Assembly: GCF_000143415.4 (NCBI RefSeq)
Contig: NW_003314298.1
Coordinates: 1,271,250 to 1,335,249, forward strand
Reading direction: 5' to 3'
Source: Selaginella moellendorffii
Lineage: Eukaryota; Plantae; Lycopodiophyta
Length of the DNA stretch: 64,000 nucleotides
Position numbers and translations under genes: made by a program. Below the pieces are notes generated by a model. That model saw nothing but the letters and a program-made list of their open reading frames with translations, ran no database searches and was not told where the DNA came from. Of the stretch, positions 33,915-46,560 are shown in pieces (position 1 is the stretch's first letter; each line of letters begins with the position of its first letter).

Positions 33915-36744
33915 ATGGCGGCGAATTCCAATTCCACCTGCAAGCTCGCGTCGACGACCTCCCATGGCATCTGGCAGGGCGATAATCCCATCGAGTTCTC
34001 GCTATCGCTCCTCATTGTCCAGATTATCCTCGTCCTCACTGTCACTCGCGTTCTTGGCCTCCTTCTCAAGCCACTGCGGCAACCTCGGGTCATCGCGGAG
34101 ATTATTGTAAGTTCCTTTCTTTCTTAGATAGCGCTAGCGCTTGTTTCGATGATAAGCTTTCTTTCTTTGCTCCGAGAGAGATTTGTTTAATCGAGAGAAG
34201 CGGTGGCCAGTGGACTGATCATAATTTTTCTTTTCACAGGGTGGTGTGCTGCTGGGTCCATCGGCACTGGGGCGAAACAGCGATTACTTGGCGAAGATCT
34301 TCACCAAGCAAAGCCTTTCGATCCTCACCACCTTTGCAAACATGGGGCTGATGTTCTTCCTGTTCATGGTCGGCCTGGAGCTCGATCTGGCGTCTCTCAA
34401 GCGCACCGGCAAGCAGGCCGCCGCCATCTCCATCGCTGGGATCTCTCTCCCGTTCGCGGCGGGCGTCGGGGTCTCGTTCGTGCTCCACAACACCGTCAAC
34501 CCCGACACGAAGTTCATCCCCTTCCTGGTTTTCATGGGGGTGGCGCTCTCCATCACGGCATTCCCAGTGCTGGCACGCATCCTCGCCGAGAGAAGGCTGC
34601 TCACCACCGACGTTGGAAAGATGGCGATCGCCGCCGCCGCTGCCAACGACGTGGTTGCATGGATCTTCCTCGCGCTGGCCGTGGCACTCTCCGGAACGGG
34701 ACGGAGTCCGGCAGTGGCAGCATGGATTCTTCTCTGTGGAGTGGCGTTCGTCCTTGCGATGTTCTTGTTCGTCAAGCCACTGATGGCCTGGATCGCTAGC
34801 CGCTCTCCGGCCGACCAGCCAGTCAAGGAGCTCTACGTTTGCATCGCACTGGGGGGAGTGTTAGTGTCCGGCTTCGTCACGGACTTCATCGGCATACACG
34901 GCATTTTTGGAGCTTTCGTGTTTGGGCTTATCATCCCTGAGGGACACTTTGCTCACGCACTCATCGAGAAGATCGAGGACTTCGTCAACATTTTGATGCT
35001 GCCCCTCTACTTCGCGGCCAGCGGCCTCCAGACCGACATTGGCAGCATCAGCGGAGCCCGCTCGTTTGGACTCTTGGTGCTCGTCATCGTCACGGCTTGT
35101 GGCGGGAAGATTTTGGGAACTCTGGCCGTGTCAATGGCGTATGGGGAGAACTTTCGCAAGGCGTTGACGCTGGGGTTCTTGATGAACACGAAAGGTCTCG
35201 TGGAGCTTATCGTGCTCAACATCGGCAAGGAAAGAAAGGTAGGCGCATTTCACTTTCTCGTTTACGCTACGTTAGGTGGCTAAACTACAGAAGCGTGATT
35301 TTGACAGGTGCTTAACGAGGAGATGTTTGCGATCATGGTGATTATGGCGCTGTTCACGACTTTCATCACGACACCGGTGGTGATGGCACTCTACAAACCA
35401 GCCAGAGACCAGGTACCGTACAAGCGGAGGAAACTCAGCCGTCTCTCACCGATGGACGAGCAAGGAAACAACCAGCTCAGGGTGCTGGCCTGCGTCCACG
35501 GCATGAAGAACGTCCCGACAGTGATGAACTTGATCGAGTCGATCCGGGGCAGCAACCGGAAGGAGCTCTTCCGGCTCTACATCCTCCAGCTGGTGGAGCT
35601 CACGGAGCGATCGTCGGCCATCATGATGGTCCAGAGGGTCCGGCAAGACGGCCTCCCGGTGTCTCGAGCGGGGGGCTCCTCGTTCGCAGTTGTCAACGGG
35701 ATCGCGGTCGCGTTTGGAGCTTTCGCGCAGCTCAACAAGGTGACGCTGCGGTCTCTCACCGCGATCACGGCGCTTCCAGACATGCACGACGACATCTGCA
35801 CCACCGCGGCCAACAAGCGAGCAGCGCTCATCATCCTCCCGTTCCACAAGTACGCTCGCGCCGATGGCCTCCTCGAAACCATGCACCCGGGCTTCCAGAT
35901 TGTGAACCAGCGTGTTCTCGTCCACGCGCCGTGCTCGGTGGGGATCCTCATAGACCGAGGAGCTTCCGCACACCAGATCTCCTCCATGAACGTCAACCAC
36001 AGCGTTGCGGTGTTCTTCTTCGGCGGTCCAGATGACCGGGAGGCTCTAGCGGTGGGAATGCGAATGGCCGAGCATCCAGGGATCAAGCTCTCGGTGGTGA
36101 AGTTCCTGGTGGATCATCAGCAGCACCAGCAGCAAGAACAGCAGCAGCAGCAGCACGTCGTCTCGATCGACGCTGCCGGCGGCGGCCTCCACGATCAGCA
36201 CCACCTTGGTCACAGCGGCAGGCGTTCATCCGACTTTGCGTCCATGATTCCAAGGCTTACCTCGGTCGACACGGGCTACCATATCGCGCCAGGAACCATC
36301 GCCAAGGAGGAGAGCGTTCTCGACGAACAGGCATTGGCGGGGCTCAGGGAAGTCCTGGAAGAACAGAAGGACAAGGAGGAGCGTTGGATCTTTGTGGAGG
36401 AGGTGAACGTGGACGGCGATCCCATCCACGCGGTGATGGGCGTGGCCAGGAAGAACGAGCACGGGCTCCTGATCGTGGGGAGAGGTCGCCGGCCCATCCC
36501 GGGGATGGCGTCACTTTCGCGGCGGCAGGCCACGTATGCGGAGCTGGGCCCAGTTGGCGATGCGCTGGCAGTCGCGAATGAAGACGTGGACGATCGCCAC
36601 CATCACCGCGACAGGCAACAGCAGGCCGTGGTTAAGGCGTCGGTGTTGGTGGTCCAGCAGTATGATCCGGTGCTCGTGCCTGGTAACCATGCCGACGTGG
36701 GGACGGCGCCCACGGCCAAGGTCTCGGAGGGAACCAGCCCATGA
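33915..36744 (+). CDS. CHX: Cation/H+ exchanger, CPA2/CHX family (exons 33915-34106, 34240-35238, 35308-36744)
   Basis: LRQPRVIAEIIGGVLLGPS, ITAFPVLARIL, AAANDVVAW, LMNTKGLVELIVLNIG and FFGGPDDREAL motifs; in-frame GT-AG introns. Confidence 0.95.
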
Positions 36745-36964
36745 AAATAGATAAGGAAGCCCTTCTTGATAATAACGAAAAAAGGAATACTTGCTGTATA
36801 TAGATTTAAAACTTGATGTATATACTTGCTGTACATTTAATGTACTTTTTTGCATTACGAGAACATTTGCTGACGTGTTAAGTGACTCGATCGTCGTTAG
36901 CAAAATTCTTTTTTTCAAAACAAATAGAAAGAATTGTTAAAAATATGGGATTATCATGAAACCG

Positions 36965-37030
36965 GGTAGAGCGGAGGACTGTAGTTGCTCAGCAATCCTT
37001 AGGTCTCTGGTTCGATTCCGGCAGGTCGGA
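36965..37030 (+). pseudogene. 5'-truncated intron-containing tRNA-Tyr(GTA)
   Basis: GGTAGAGCGGAGGACTGTAG-[TTGCTCAGCA]-ATCCTTAGGTCTCTGGTTCGATTCCGGCAGGTCGGA matches plant tRNA-Tyr, but the 5' CCGACCTTAGCTCAG is absent. Confidence 0.85.
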
Positions 37031-38532
37031 CTCAACCTTTGTGTTTGTGTCAACGTGGAGCCGAGTCAGTTGACACGTCAACTAGAAGCTGGCTCTCATT
37101 TTGCTAGTGGCCCACTTTCACCCACAGAACTTATCACTGTCAACAATGACACCAAAAAAAACGAGCAGAAAAAAACACCAACATTTCTCTTTCCCACAGG
37201 AACTTCACTTTCTCTTTTTACCTAAGCATAGTTTTTGTGGGGATGAAAAAGGGACCTTTTAGATGATAAAACCTACAGGAACTTTACTTTCTCTTTTTAC
37301 CTACTAAAAAGCGTAGTTTTGTGGGGATGAAGAAGGGACCTTTTAAACAATAACAATGAACCAAAAGCTCAAATCAAATCAATCAAGGTCCCATGCTTGA
37401 AAAATGACCAGAAGAAAACAAAACACAAATTACGAAAATGCAATCCAAAGACAAATTTGAAGACAACACAACAATCGCTTTCCTTTGTTTGGTTTTTTTA
37501 ATTTGAGTGTCAATATGCGGCCTGGAGATTGTTTGTGTACAGCAGGACATTCAAGCTATCAACCGAGGAAAACACCCAAGTATACGTTTGGAAATACCTT
37601 TACAGGGACTAACTGGCATACACCAATGTATGTGATCATCGTGTTGCCATTGCCAGTGGCCGGCAAGTATCAAACAAGTTGGCAAATGGCAATGGAATGT
37701 ACGTGGTATTTTAGCTCGATTTGAACGTTCGGATCCAAACAAGTTCAGGTGGGCGTACATTTATTTTTGTTTCAAAAGCTTTAATAAAAACATATGTGCA
37801 CATGTGATGGATTTTAAAAAAGAAAACAATTACAAACAAGAAATTGAGATCACGAGATCAATCAAAATGTTGTTTGTGTGGGATCATGCAAGAATCAAGG
37901 ACAGCATATGCTCGGGATCAAGCGCCGGCCGTTCAACCTGAGAGCTGGACAAGTCCCCGGCCGTACGATGAGCTCTCCGGCACGTGGCAAAATCAGAGCC
38001 GTTAGATCTCTGGCGCTCTTTTTCAACGAAAGCGTTTTCTTTCCGACCGTGGAGAGCTCAAAAGCGAGGCCGAAGTGGGTACTTTTTTTCGCCTACCAAT
38101 CTCGAGATTCCAATCCTTTCCGCCGCTGGGAAAGATTGGAGGATCTAGGAGATAAGTTAAATCGATTGATCGATCTGAGGGCGGAGCTTTGTGGATGGAT
38201 GATTGATCGATGGGCGCTTGGATCGCGGAGGAATTCCACGACCCACATTGCCGGTTTGTCTTGGATTGATTCAGTCTCTCCTTTCTCCTGGACTCTTGCC
38301 GCAATTAGGATGGAACACGCGAGAAAGCTCTGTTCTTCCCTGGATTTAGATCGCCCATTACGAATCCCGGTGGAGTAGTTGCAACAGCCGAGCACCAATT
38401 CCACACATTCCCATCGATTCGCCAGGAATTCCTCCCAGATCCAAATGCCCATCACCGGCATTCGCCGCGAGATCCACTGAGAGATAAAGAGGAGGAAAGA
38501 CGAAGAAGGCTACGCATCCAATCGATCAATCC

Positions 38533-41500
38533 ATGGACGCCGCCAAGAAGCTCTTCGTGGAGGTATGCAATGCCACAGATCTAATGCCAAAGGACGGGGA
38601 GGGATCCGCAAGCCCCTACTGCGTGCTGGAATTCGATGGCCAGCGCCGGCGAACAGAGCCCAAGAGCAAGGATCTCAAGCCCACCTGGAACACGGTGCTG
38701 GAATTCGCGATCCAAGGCCCGATCGACGACAAGGAGATCGAGATCACGGTGCTGAGTGACAAGAAGACCGGCGGCAAGCAGCGACCCCAGTTCCTGGGCC
38801 GCGTGAGGATCCCAGCCAAGAGCGCCGCCAAGAAAGGCGAGGAATCCATCGTCTACTATCCCTTGGCGAAGAGGAGCTTCTTCTCTCACGTCAAAGGCGA
38901 GATTGGAATCAAGATGTGGTGGAGCGACGAGGAACCAGCTCCTCCTCCTCCCGCCGATGGCGATGGCGAGAAGAAAGTGGAAGAGGGCGATGCCAAGAGC
39001 GAAGAGGGCGAGAAGAAACCGGAAGAAACACCCGCCACCGCGAGCAGCGATCCCGAGAAGGAGGAGAAGGATGGAGGAGATGGCGATGGAGGGAATGTGG
39101 AGAAGGAAGTGGAAGAGAAGAAGGAAGAAGAAAAGAAAGAAGAGGAGGAGAAGAAAGAGGATGGCGGCAGTGGCGGCGGCGGCGATGGCGAGAAGAAAGA
39201 AGACGACCCACCAAAGAAAGAAGTGGAAGAAGAAGCTAGCAGCGCCGCTACCACCACCGTGGAAGCAAAGAAAGAAGAAGAAGAGAAGCATGGCAATGGC
39301 GGCGGCGGTGGTGGCAGTGGCGATGGAGAAAACACGAAGATCGCCTCCAGGGCGGCGGAGTTTGTCCGGCCACCGCCGCGGCCATCGCCACCCACGATCG
39401 TCCCCGCCGGCGAGTTCATCCTCAAGGAGACCAAGCCCATGATCGCCACCAAGGCGATCGGCGACAAGGTGGTCACCTTCGATCTGGTGGAGAGGATGCA
39501 GTACCTCTTTGTCCGCGTCGTCAAGGCGCGCGCGCTGGCATCCAAGGATGCTGCCATCGATCCCTTCGCCAAGATCTCGCTGGGATCGCACACCGCGCGC
39601 ACCAGATCCGTGCCCAGCACGCTCTACCCCGAGTGGAACGAGGTGTTCGCGTTTGGCAAGGAGAGGATGGGCGGCCCAGCGCTGGAGATCGCGGTGTCCG
39701 ACGACCGCGATCCGGATTCCAGCTTCCTGGGCAGCGTCGTCTTCGAGTTTGCCGAGATCCCAGTGCGCGTCCCGCCGGACAGCCCGCTAGCGCCGCAGTG
39801 GTACCGCCTGGAGCGAAAGAGCCACCATAGCCAGAGCTCGCCAAGAACAGTCCGAGGTGATATAATGCTGGCGGTGTGGCTGGGCACCCAGGCGGACGAG
39901 GCGTTCACCGAGGCGTGGCAATCGGACTCTGGCGGATACGCGCACACTCGATCCAAAGTCTACCTCTCGCCCAAGCTGTGGTACCTCCGCGTGAACGTGA
40001 TCGAGGCCCAGGAAGTCCACCTGGAGCGCTTCCAGCCCGAGGTGACAGTCCGAGCTCACCTCGGCTTCCAGGTCCAGCGGACTCGGGTAGCCGGCAACCG
40101 TACAACCAGCCCGTTCTGGAACGAGGACCTCCTCTTCGTCGCCGCGGAGCCATTCGAGGACGATCTGGTGCTGCGAGTGGAGGAGCGCAAGAGCGGCGGC
40201 GAGAAGGAGGAGCACGCGCTGCTGGGGCTCGTCCGGATCGCGCTCTCCGGCGTGGAGCGCCGGATCGACCACCGCCAAGTGAGCTCCCGCTGGTACAACC
40301 TCGAGAAGCATGGTGGTGGCGGCGATGGTAGCGGTGGTGGCGAAGACGAGCAGAAGAAGCATAGCTTCCATGGGCGACTGCATCTCCGGGTGTGCTTGGA
40401 TGGCGGCTACCACGTCCTGGACGAGCCGGTGAATCACCTGAGCTGCGCGAATCCAACCGCGAGGCAGCTGTGGAAGGCCGGGGTGGGGATGCTGGAGCTG
40501 GGGATCATCCGCGGCAAGGACGTGCTGCCCATGAAGAACAAGGAGGGGCGGGGGAGTACGGACGCGTACGTGGTGGCCAAGTACGGCTCGAAGTGGGTAC
40601 GAACGCGTACGGTCATGGATAGCCTCAACCCCCGGTGGAACGAGCAGTACCGGTGGGACGTGCACGACCCCTGTACGGTGCTTACCATCGGCGTGTTTGA
40701 CAACGCCCAGCTCGTGGATCATGGCCACCACGATCACCACCATCACCAAAACGTAAGAACTCTCTCTGGCCTTCTACATGATCGTTTAGTCTTCACTGCC
40801 CGTTTCTATGATCTCTCTTTGCTTCCCTTGCTCTTTCTCTTTACCAAAATCTCTCTTTGCTGATCTCTTTAGCTCCACAATCTCTCGTTGCTTCCTTTGA
40901 TCTCTTTGATCGAGATCTTTAGCTATATCTCCACAATCTCTCATCGTTTCATATATCTCCACATTCTCTCTTTGATCTCTTCAGCTTAATCTCTCAGCGC
41001 TTTCTTTGATCTCTTTAGCTATATAGATCAAAACTTTGCGAGCTTTTCTAACGATTTTCTTGTTGCTGTGATTGTGGGCGATCCATCCAATTCAATCCAA
41101 TCCAACCAGGCCAACCGCGACGCCCGGATCGGCAAGGTGAGGATCCGGCTATCCACCCTGGAGAGCGACCGCGTCTACACGAACCGCTACCCGCTACTCT
41201 CGCTCCAGCAGTCGGGCGTAAAGAAGCTGGGCGAGGTGGAGCTCGCCGTACGCTTCACCTCCGCTTCCGTACTCTCCATGCTCCAGCTCTACTTCCAGCC
41301 GCTGCTGCCGCGAATGCACTACCTCCACCCATTGGGCGTCACCCAGGCGGAGATCCTGCGAATATCCGCCATGCGCATCGTGGCCATCCGCCTGGCGCGA
41401 TCCGAGCCGCCCCTCCGCCAGGAGGTCGTACAGTACATGCTCGATACGGACGTCAACGTTTGGTCGCTTCGTCGCAGCAAGGTCAACTACTTCCGCCTCA

Positions 41501-42099
41501 TGAGCGTGCTGAATGGGCCAATGGCGGTCGTACGCTGGATGGAGAACATTTGCCACTGGCGCAACCCGGTCACGACCGTACTCGTCCATATCTTGTTCCT
41601 CATCCTGGTGTGGTACCCGGAGCTCATCCTCCCCACGCTCTTCCTCTACATGTTCTTGATCGGGCTGTGGCAGTACCGATCCCGGCCGCGATCGCCGCCA
41701 TCCATGGAGGCGCGGCTGTCCCAGGCGGAGGTCGTGGAGCCGGACGAGCTGGACGAGGAGTTTGATCCCATCCCGAGCGCCAAGGACCCGAATGTGATCC
41801 GGGCGAGGTATGATCGCGTGAGGATCGTGGCGGCCAGGATCCAGAATGTGTTGGGCGATCTGGCGACGCAGGGGGAGAGGGTCGGGGCGCTCCTGAGCTG
41901 GAGGGATCCCAGGGCGACGGCGATCTTTGTCACGTTTTCGCTGGTTGTGGCGGTGGTGCTGTACGTGGTGCCCATCCGGGTGATCGTGGTCGTGGCGGGC
42001 CTGTACGCGATGAGGCACCCGAGGTTCAGGGATCCGCTGCCGGCGGCGCCGATCAACTTCTTTCGGCGGCTGCCATCGCTGGCGGATCGCATCCTCTAA
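38533..42099 (+). CDS. MCTP: Multiple C2-domain and transmembrane protein (MCTP; QUIRKY/FTIP1 family); exons 38533-40752 and 41110-42099
   Basis: Four C2 domains, FDLVERMQYLFVRVVKAR, RSKVYLSPKLWYLRV, PDELDEEFD and C-terminal PRT_C (NFFRRLPS); phase-0 intron GTAAGA..CCAG. Confidence 0.95.
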
Positions 42100-42236
42100 A
42101 GAAGATCTGGAGCGGAAGAAATCTCCCACTTCTCCTTGTATGGTTCTTACGCACCAGAAATAGAACTCATCCTCTGGTGAGACCAGCAGCGAGTGATCGA
42201 AAACAAGGCCAAGCTCGCAGGGAAAGACCGATCTCA

Positions 42237-43501
42237 ATGGAACTCTTCATGGTGCCACCCCGCCACCTCAATCATAATGTGCTTTTTAGGGTTCTTGGGA
42301 TGGAGTGCATGTGGGTCAAGAGAGGCGATGATTTACGCCTGGTGCCGCTAGAAGGTGGGTTTTTCCTGGTAGCAGATGTAGCCAGGCACTATGGGTTAGC
42401 TCCAGAGAGTCTCGCTGTGGGTAGCTTAGCTCTCATCCAGGATTCTTATGGGAAATCACGTATGACGTTCGAGCAGATAATTGGTTTCGCTCGATCGTGT
42501 GGTCTGGGCGATGGATCACAAGAGAATCCTCTCCAGATCGATGGGAGAAAGCAACCGCTGTCTCGGAGAGAGGAAGAAGAGGAAGCAGCTGCAGCGTTTG
42601 CGGAGACCCCGCTTGGCAAGGCGTTCGACGAGGCCGAAGAACACATGTTTGAGGTAACGCGGGTGTGGAATTTGAAGAGAGCGAGAACAGAAGTTTTCTT
42701 GGATGAATTGAGGGAAGGGATATACGGCTACAGGGCGAAAATGAGAAAGTCGAGCACACTGGAGAAGGAGATGAAGAAGTTTGTGTGCTCTGTGCACATC
42801 ATCTCCAGTAAACGTCTTCGTGATCGGACGCTCGATCCCAACACTGCCACGGGCTTTGCGACGCTGATCGACCCGGAAGGATTGTGTATCACAGTTGCCA
42901 AGTGTGTGAAAGAGCTGCGAGATGAGATGAAGATCATGGTCAAGTTCCTGGAGGAGGATGCTTGCTACGAGTATAAGATCAGTGAGCGTACCACTTACGG
43001 CACTGGCCCGATGATCGTGTACTTGGAGCCGGTGGTGGGCGTAAACTTTGGCCAGTGCATGTATGTTGATGGACATGTAGATGAGTTCATGGACACGCTC
43101 TACACTTTTGGTCCCTCGTTGGAGATGGTACGTGGTGTTTGCCTCGACCCAGATGTGGCACTGTTTGGCTCGCTTGCACTACAGCCAGGTGCTCCAGTTT
43201 TTACCGAGGATGGAAGCTTACAAGGAATTGTGATGAATCCCAAGCTTGGCAAGTTGGGACGGAAGGGCAACAACAAGATTACCACAACAAGAGCAGCAGC
43301 TGAGGAATCCAAAAGAGCCAAGTTAGAGGAGAAATTGGGCTATGCAGTTGGTAAATTAATCACACTTCCTTTCCTCTTTCTAGATGTTTTATATTTGGTT
43401 CTGTGGTTTTTCAGGACAGAAGCCTCGCTATCTCAAAGCTACAACGAAGAGTTTGGTCGAGCTCCTTGATCCTCATTCATCGGATTATTCCGGTAAGATG
43501 A

Positions 43502-43561
<60 letters not shown>

Positions 43562-43844
43562 CTTTGTATGTCGTATGTGCTCAGAGATAAAAGATGTGAT
43601 TTCTCTCAATCAAATGGTCGAGTATGTGACACTGGAAGGCCAAACATCTCGAGACGTTTGGGAGGACAAGCATCCGTTAGAAGGTATGTGCACATTAGTC
43701 TATGTTTTTGGATGCAATATGGTCTTTTTCAGATTACGTGAGCGAGTTACCTCGGATGGAGGCAGCGCCTTCCCACAAGACGCTAGCAAGGTATGGAAAA
43801 TCTACATCTACTTGATCAAATACAGTTATAAAGACGTGAAGTAG
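42237..43844 (+). CDS. Uncharacterised protein with a degenerate trypsin-like peptidase region; probably 3 short introns near the 3' end
   Basis: ATGFATLIDPEGLCITVAKCV and QPGAPVFTEDGSLQGIV resemble trypsin-like motifs; candidate introns at about 43351-43413, 43492-43584 and 43684-43732; start uncertain. Confidence 0.45.
43507..43556. repeat. (CT)n microsatellite
   Basis: About 25 CT units, probably intronic. Confidence 0.97.
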
Positions 43845-43849
43845 CCGTA

Positions 43850-44832
43850 GGCGCCGCCCATGGTTATCAGCATTACCTTTACCATGGCCTGCTGTCTCCG
43901 GCGCGGCAATCACCTTTCGCTCGCCCAAGCTGTGGTACCTCCTCGTGAATGTGATCGAGGCCGTGACAGTCCGAGCTCGGCTCACCTCGGACTGTTCTTG
44001 GCTATAGTGGCTCTTTCGCTCCAGGCGGTTCCATTGCGGCTCTAGCGGGCTATCCAGTGGGACGCGCACTGGGATCTCGGCGAACTCCAAGACGACGCTG
44101 CCCAGGAAGCTGGAATCCGGATCGCAGCGCCGGGCCGCCCATCCACTCCTTGCCAAACGCGAACATCGTTCCACTCCAGATTGGTGGTCATCTCCTCGCC
44201 CGCGGGACGATCGTACGGCGGTGGCCGGACAAACTCCGCCGCCCTGGAGGCGATTTTCCTCCATCGCCACCGCCGCCTTTGCCATGCTTCTCTTCCTTCC
44301 ATGGTGGTGGTGGCGCCGCCCCCGCTAGCTTCTTCTTCCACTTCTTTCTTTGGTGGGTCGTCCATCGCCGCCACCGCCGCCACCGCCGCCATCCTCTTTC
44401 TTCTCCGTCCGCTTCTTTCCTTCTTCTCCACATCCCTCCATCGCCATCTCGCGGCAGCGGCTGTTTCTTCCGGTTTCTTCTCGCCCTCGGCATCACTTTC
44501 TTCGCGCTATCGCCATCGCTGGGAGGAGGAGCTGGTTCCTCGTAGCTCGCCTTTGACATGAGAGAAGAAGCTCCTCTTCGCCAAGAAATAGTGGACGATG
44601 TATTCCTCAGCTTTCTTGGCGGCGGGATCCTCACTCGCCCCAGAAACTCGGGGCGCTGCTTGCCGCCGGTCTTCTTGTATCGTCGATCGGGCCTGTGCGA
44701 ATTCGTTCCAGGTGGGCTTGAGATCTTGCTTATGGGCTCTGTTCGCCGGCGCTGGCCATGCAGTAGGGGCTCGCGGATCCTCCCCGTCCTTGGGCGTGGC
44801 ATTGCATACCTCCACGAAGAGCTTCTTGGCAC
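43850..44832 (-). pseudogene. Inverted, internally deleted copy of the MCTP 5' half
   Basis: AKKLFVEVCNA, KKTGGKQRP, LAKRSFFSHVKGE and DPDSSFLGSVVLEFAEIPVRVP pieces in changing frames. Confidence 0.9.
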
Positions 44833-45269
44833 ACATTCCCATTCCCAGCACACATACACAAGGAGATACGCATTGAATTCCTTGGTACCACACCATCTTT
44901 CTGCAAATCAGAGGATCTCTAACTAATGTCCATAAAAACACTGTTGTAATGTAAAAAGTAGTTCATTGTCCTCGCGCACCTGACTCACGACCACGTGGAC
45001 ATGCCACGTCCGCTATCGAGACTGAACCTTTGCTCGACCGAGTCGTGTTTCTTGACGCCGGGAACCAGCCATTTGCCTCAGGTATATCAATGGAATTGTC
45101 ACCGACCTGAGAGAAGCAAGAAAAGTAGTCAAAGCCACAAATACCTTTGACATGAAAACTGTGTTGACATCGGGACTGTGTTTAAAAGCGTACAATATCT
45201 TTGTTCTTTCATGGTGGCTGCAACAAACAAAGTTTCAACGCCAAATGCCTAAGAAGCCTCTTTTACCTG

Positions 45270-46560
45270 GTTGGACCGTAAATAAAAGGCTTTTTCAATT
45301 TTGTGGCATACTCTCTCAGGGCGAAAAGATTATCAGAGAAGACAATAATCTTGTCTCCTCGCTGTTGTTCGTGAAAACGGATGAGAAACTCACAAGCCCG
45401 AAATTTATTGGGGTTCATTACGTATAATGCCTGCACAGGAACGTCAAGCGGTGGTAAATAAAACGGAAATGAATAAGTACCTGTTGCTTTCTGTTCTCCT
45501 TCTTCAGGTATTCTGCGTAAAATTCTTTAGTCATTGGGCACCAGACCTCAGCACATTGAACATTAGCAATGTAGCCGCATTTCACAAGATCCAGCCAGTT
45601 CGCCTGGTACAACTTTGGACCAACTAGAAAATTCAGATCGCTAATACGTTCGTCTTCTCTGACAAGCGTGGCTGCAAGAAATTCACAAGGTGTAAGTCCC
45701 AACCGTATATTTAATAGCTGCTTACCAGTGAGTCCAAGTTTGCAGTGAGACTTGGTGATACTAATAACTTTATGAAACATATGAGCAGGCACAACATGCA
45801 CTTACAAGGAAAAAAAGACGGTCAGTAGTACAATTTTGAAGAGAGTTGTATTACATCATCCATAAGAAGTAAGCCCCACTCGTGGCCTTTTATCAATTCA
45901 ATGACTTTTTCGGATTCTTCTGATCGTTTGAAAGCAACCATGTTGTAGGTGGTCACAACGAGACTAACGTTTGCTTTGAACTTGTCGTTACTGTCTGACG
46001 TGAAACGAGAAATCTGATCGTCATGGATAGTAGACTAGAGTTTAAACTGAAAGGTCCACTGGTCGACCGACACTGCATTGGTGGCTAAGCAAAGGCAGCT
46101 TTTGCGAATGCTGCAGGCGGCTGAGACTCCCACTAAGGATTTGCTCCACAAGGTAATACAATAATTCCAGACCTCACACTACAGGTCAGTACTAAAAAAA
46201 TTGCAAACATGGTTGCTATACACCATTTTCAAACACTTTGCTCAAGCTATAAGGTTGAGGTTTCAATTCAATGCTTAGGATTGACCTAAAATCAGGTAAC
46301 AAATCTCATGCGTTTCTAAAGTCATATTCCTCAAGCATCAGATAGTTTAAAGCACTTGGCAGGCACCTCTGCTTCACATGTTCTACCTGAAAAGTTCCTG
46401 TGTGAGCCAGACCGACTTAGAATAGCTACTTCAATTTCAAAAGAAATCACATCCTTCGCTTCTCCAGCAGCAACTTCATCCCTGGCAAGGAAGTCTTGGA
46501 CAACGACTTGTTGACCGTAAAACCGTGCCCCGCACTTGCCTAGAATTTGCCATGAGGAAA
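45270..46560 (-). pseudogene. XPB: XPB/ERCC3 (TFIIH helicase) pseudogene with introns
   Basis: [37 protein letters not shown] and [13 protein letters not shown]; Walker A (PCGAGKS) frameshifted near 46140; TGG>TAG stop near 46036. Confidence 0.85.

Noticed and set aside
31613-42237. Long antisense ORFs over PPR, CHX and MCTP (e.g. 31613-32902, 39787-40749, 41194-42237)
   Set aside because: Shadow ORFs of GC-rich coding sequence with no domain features.
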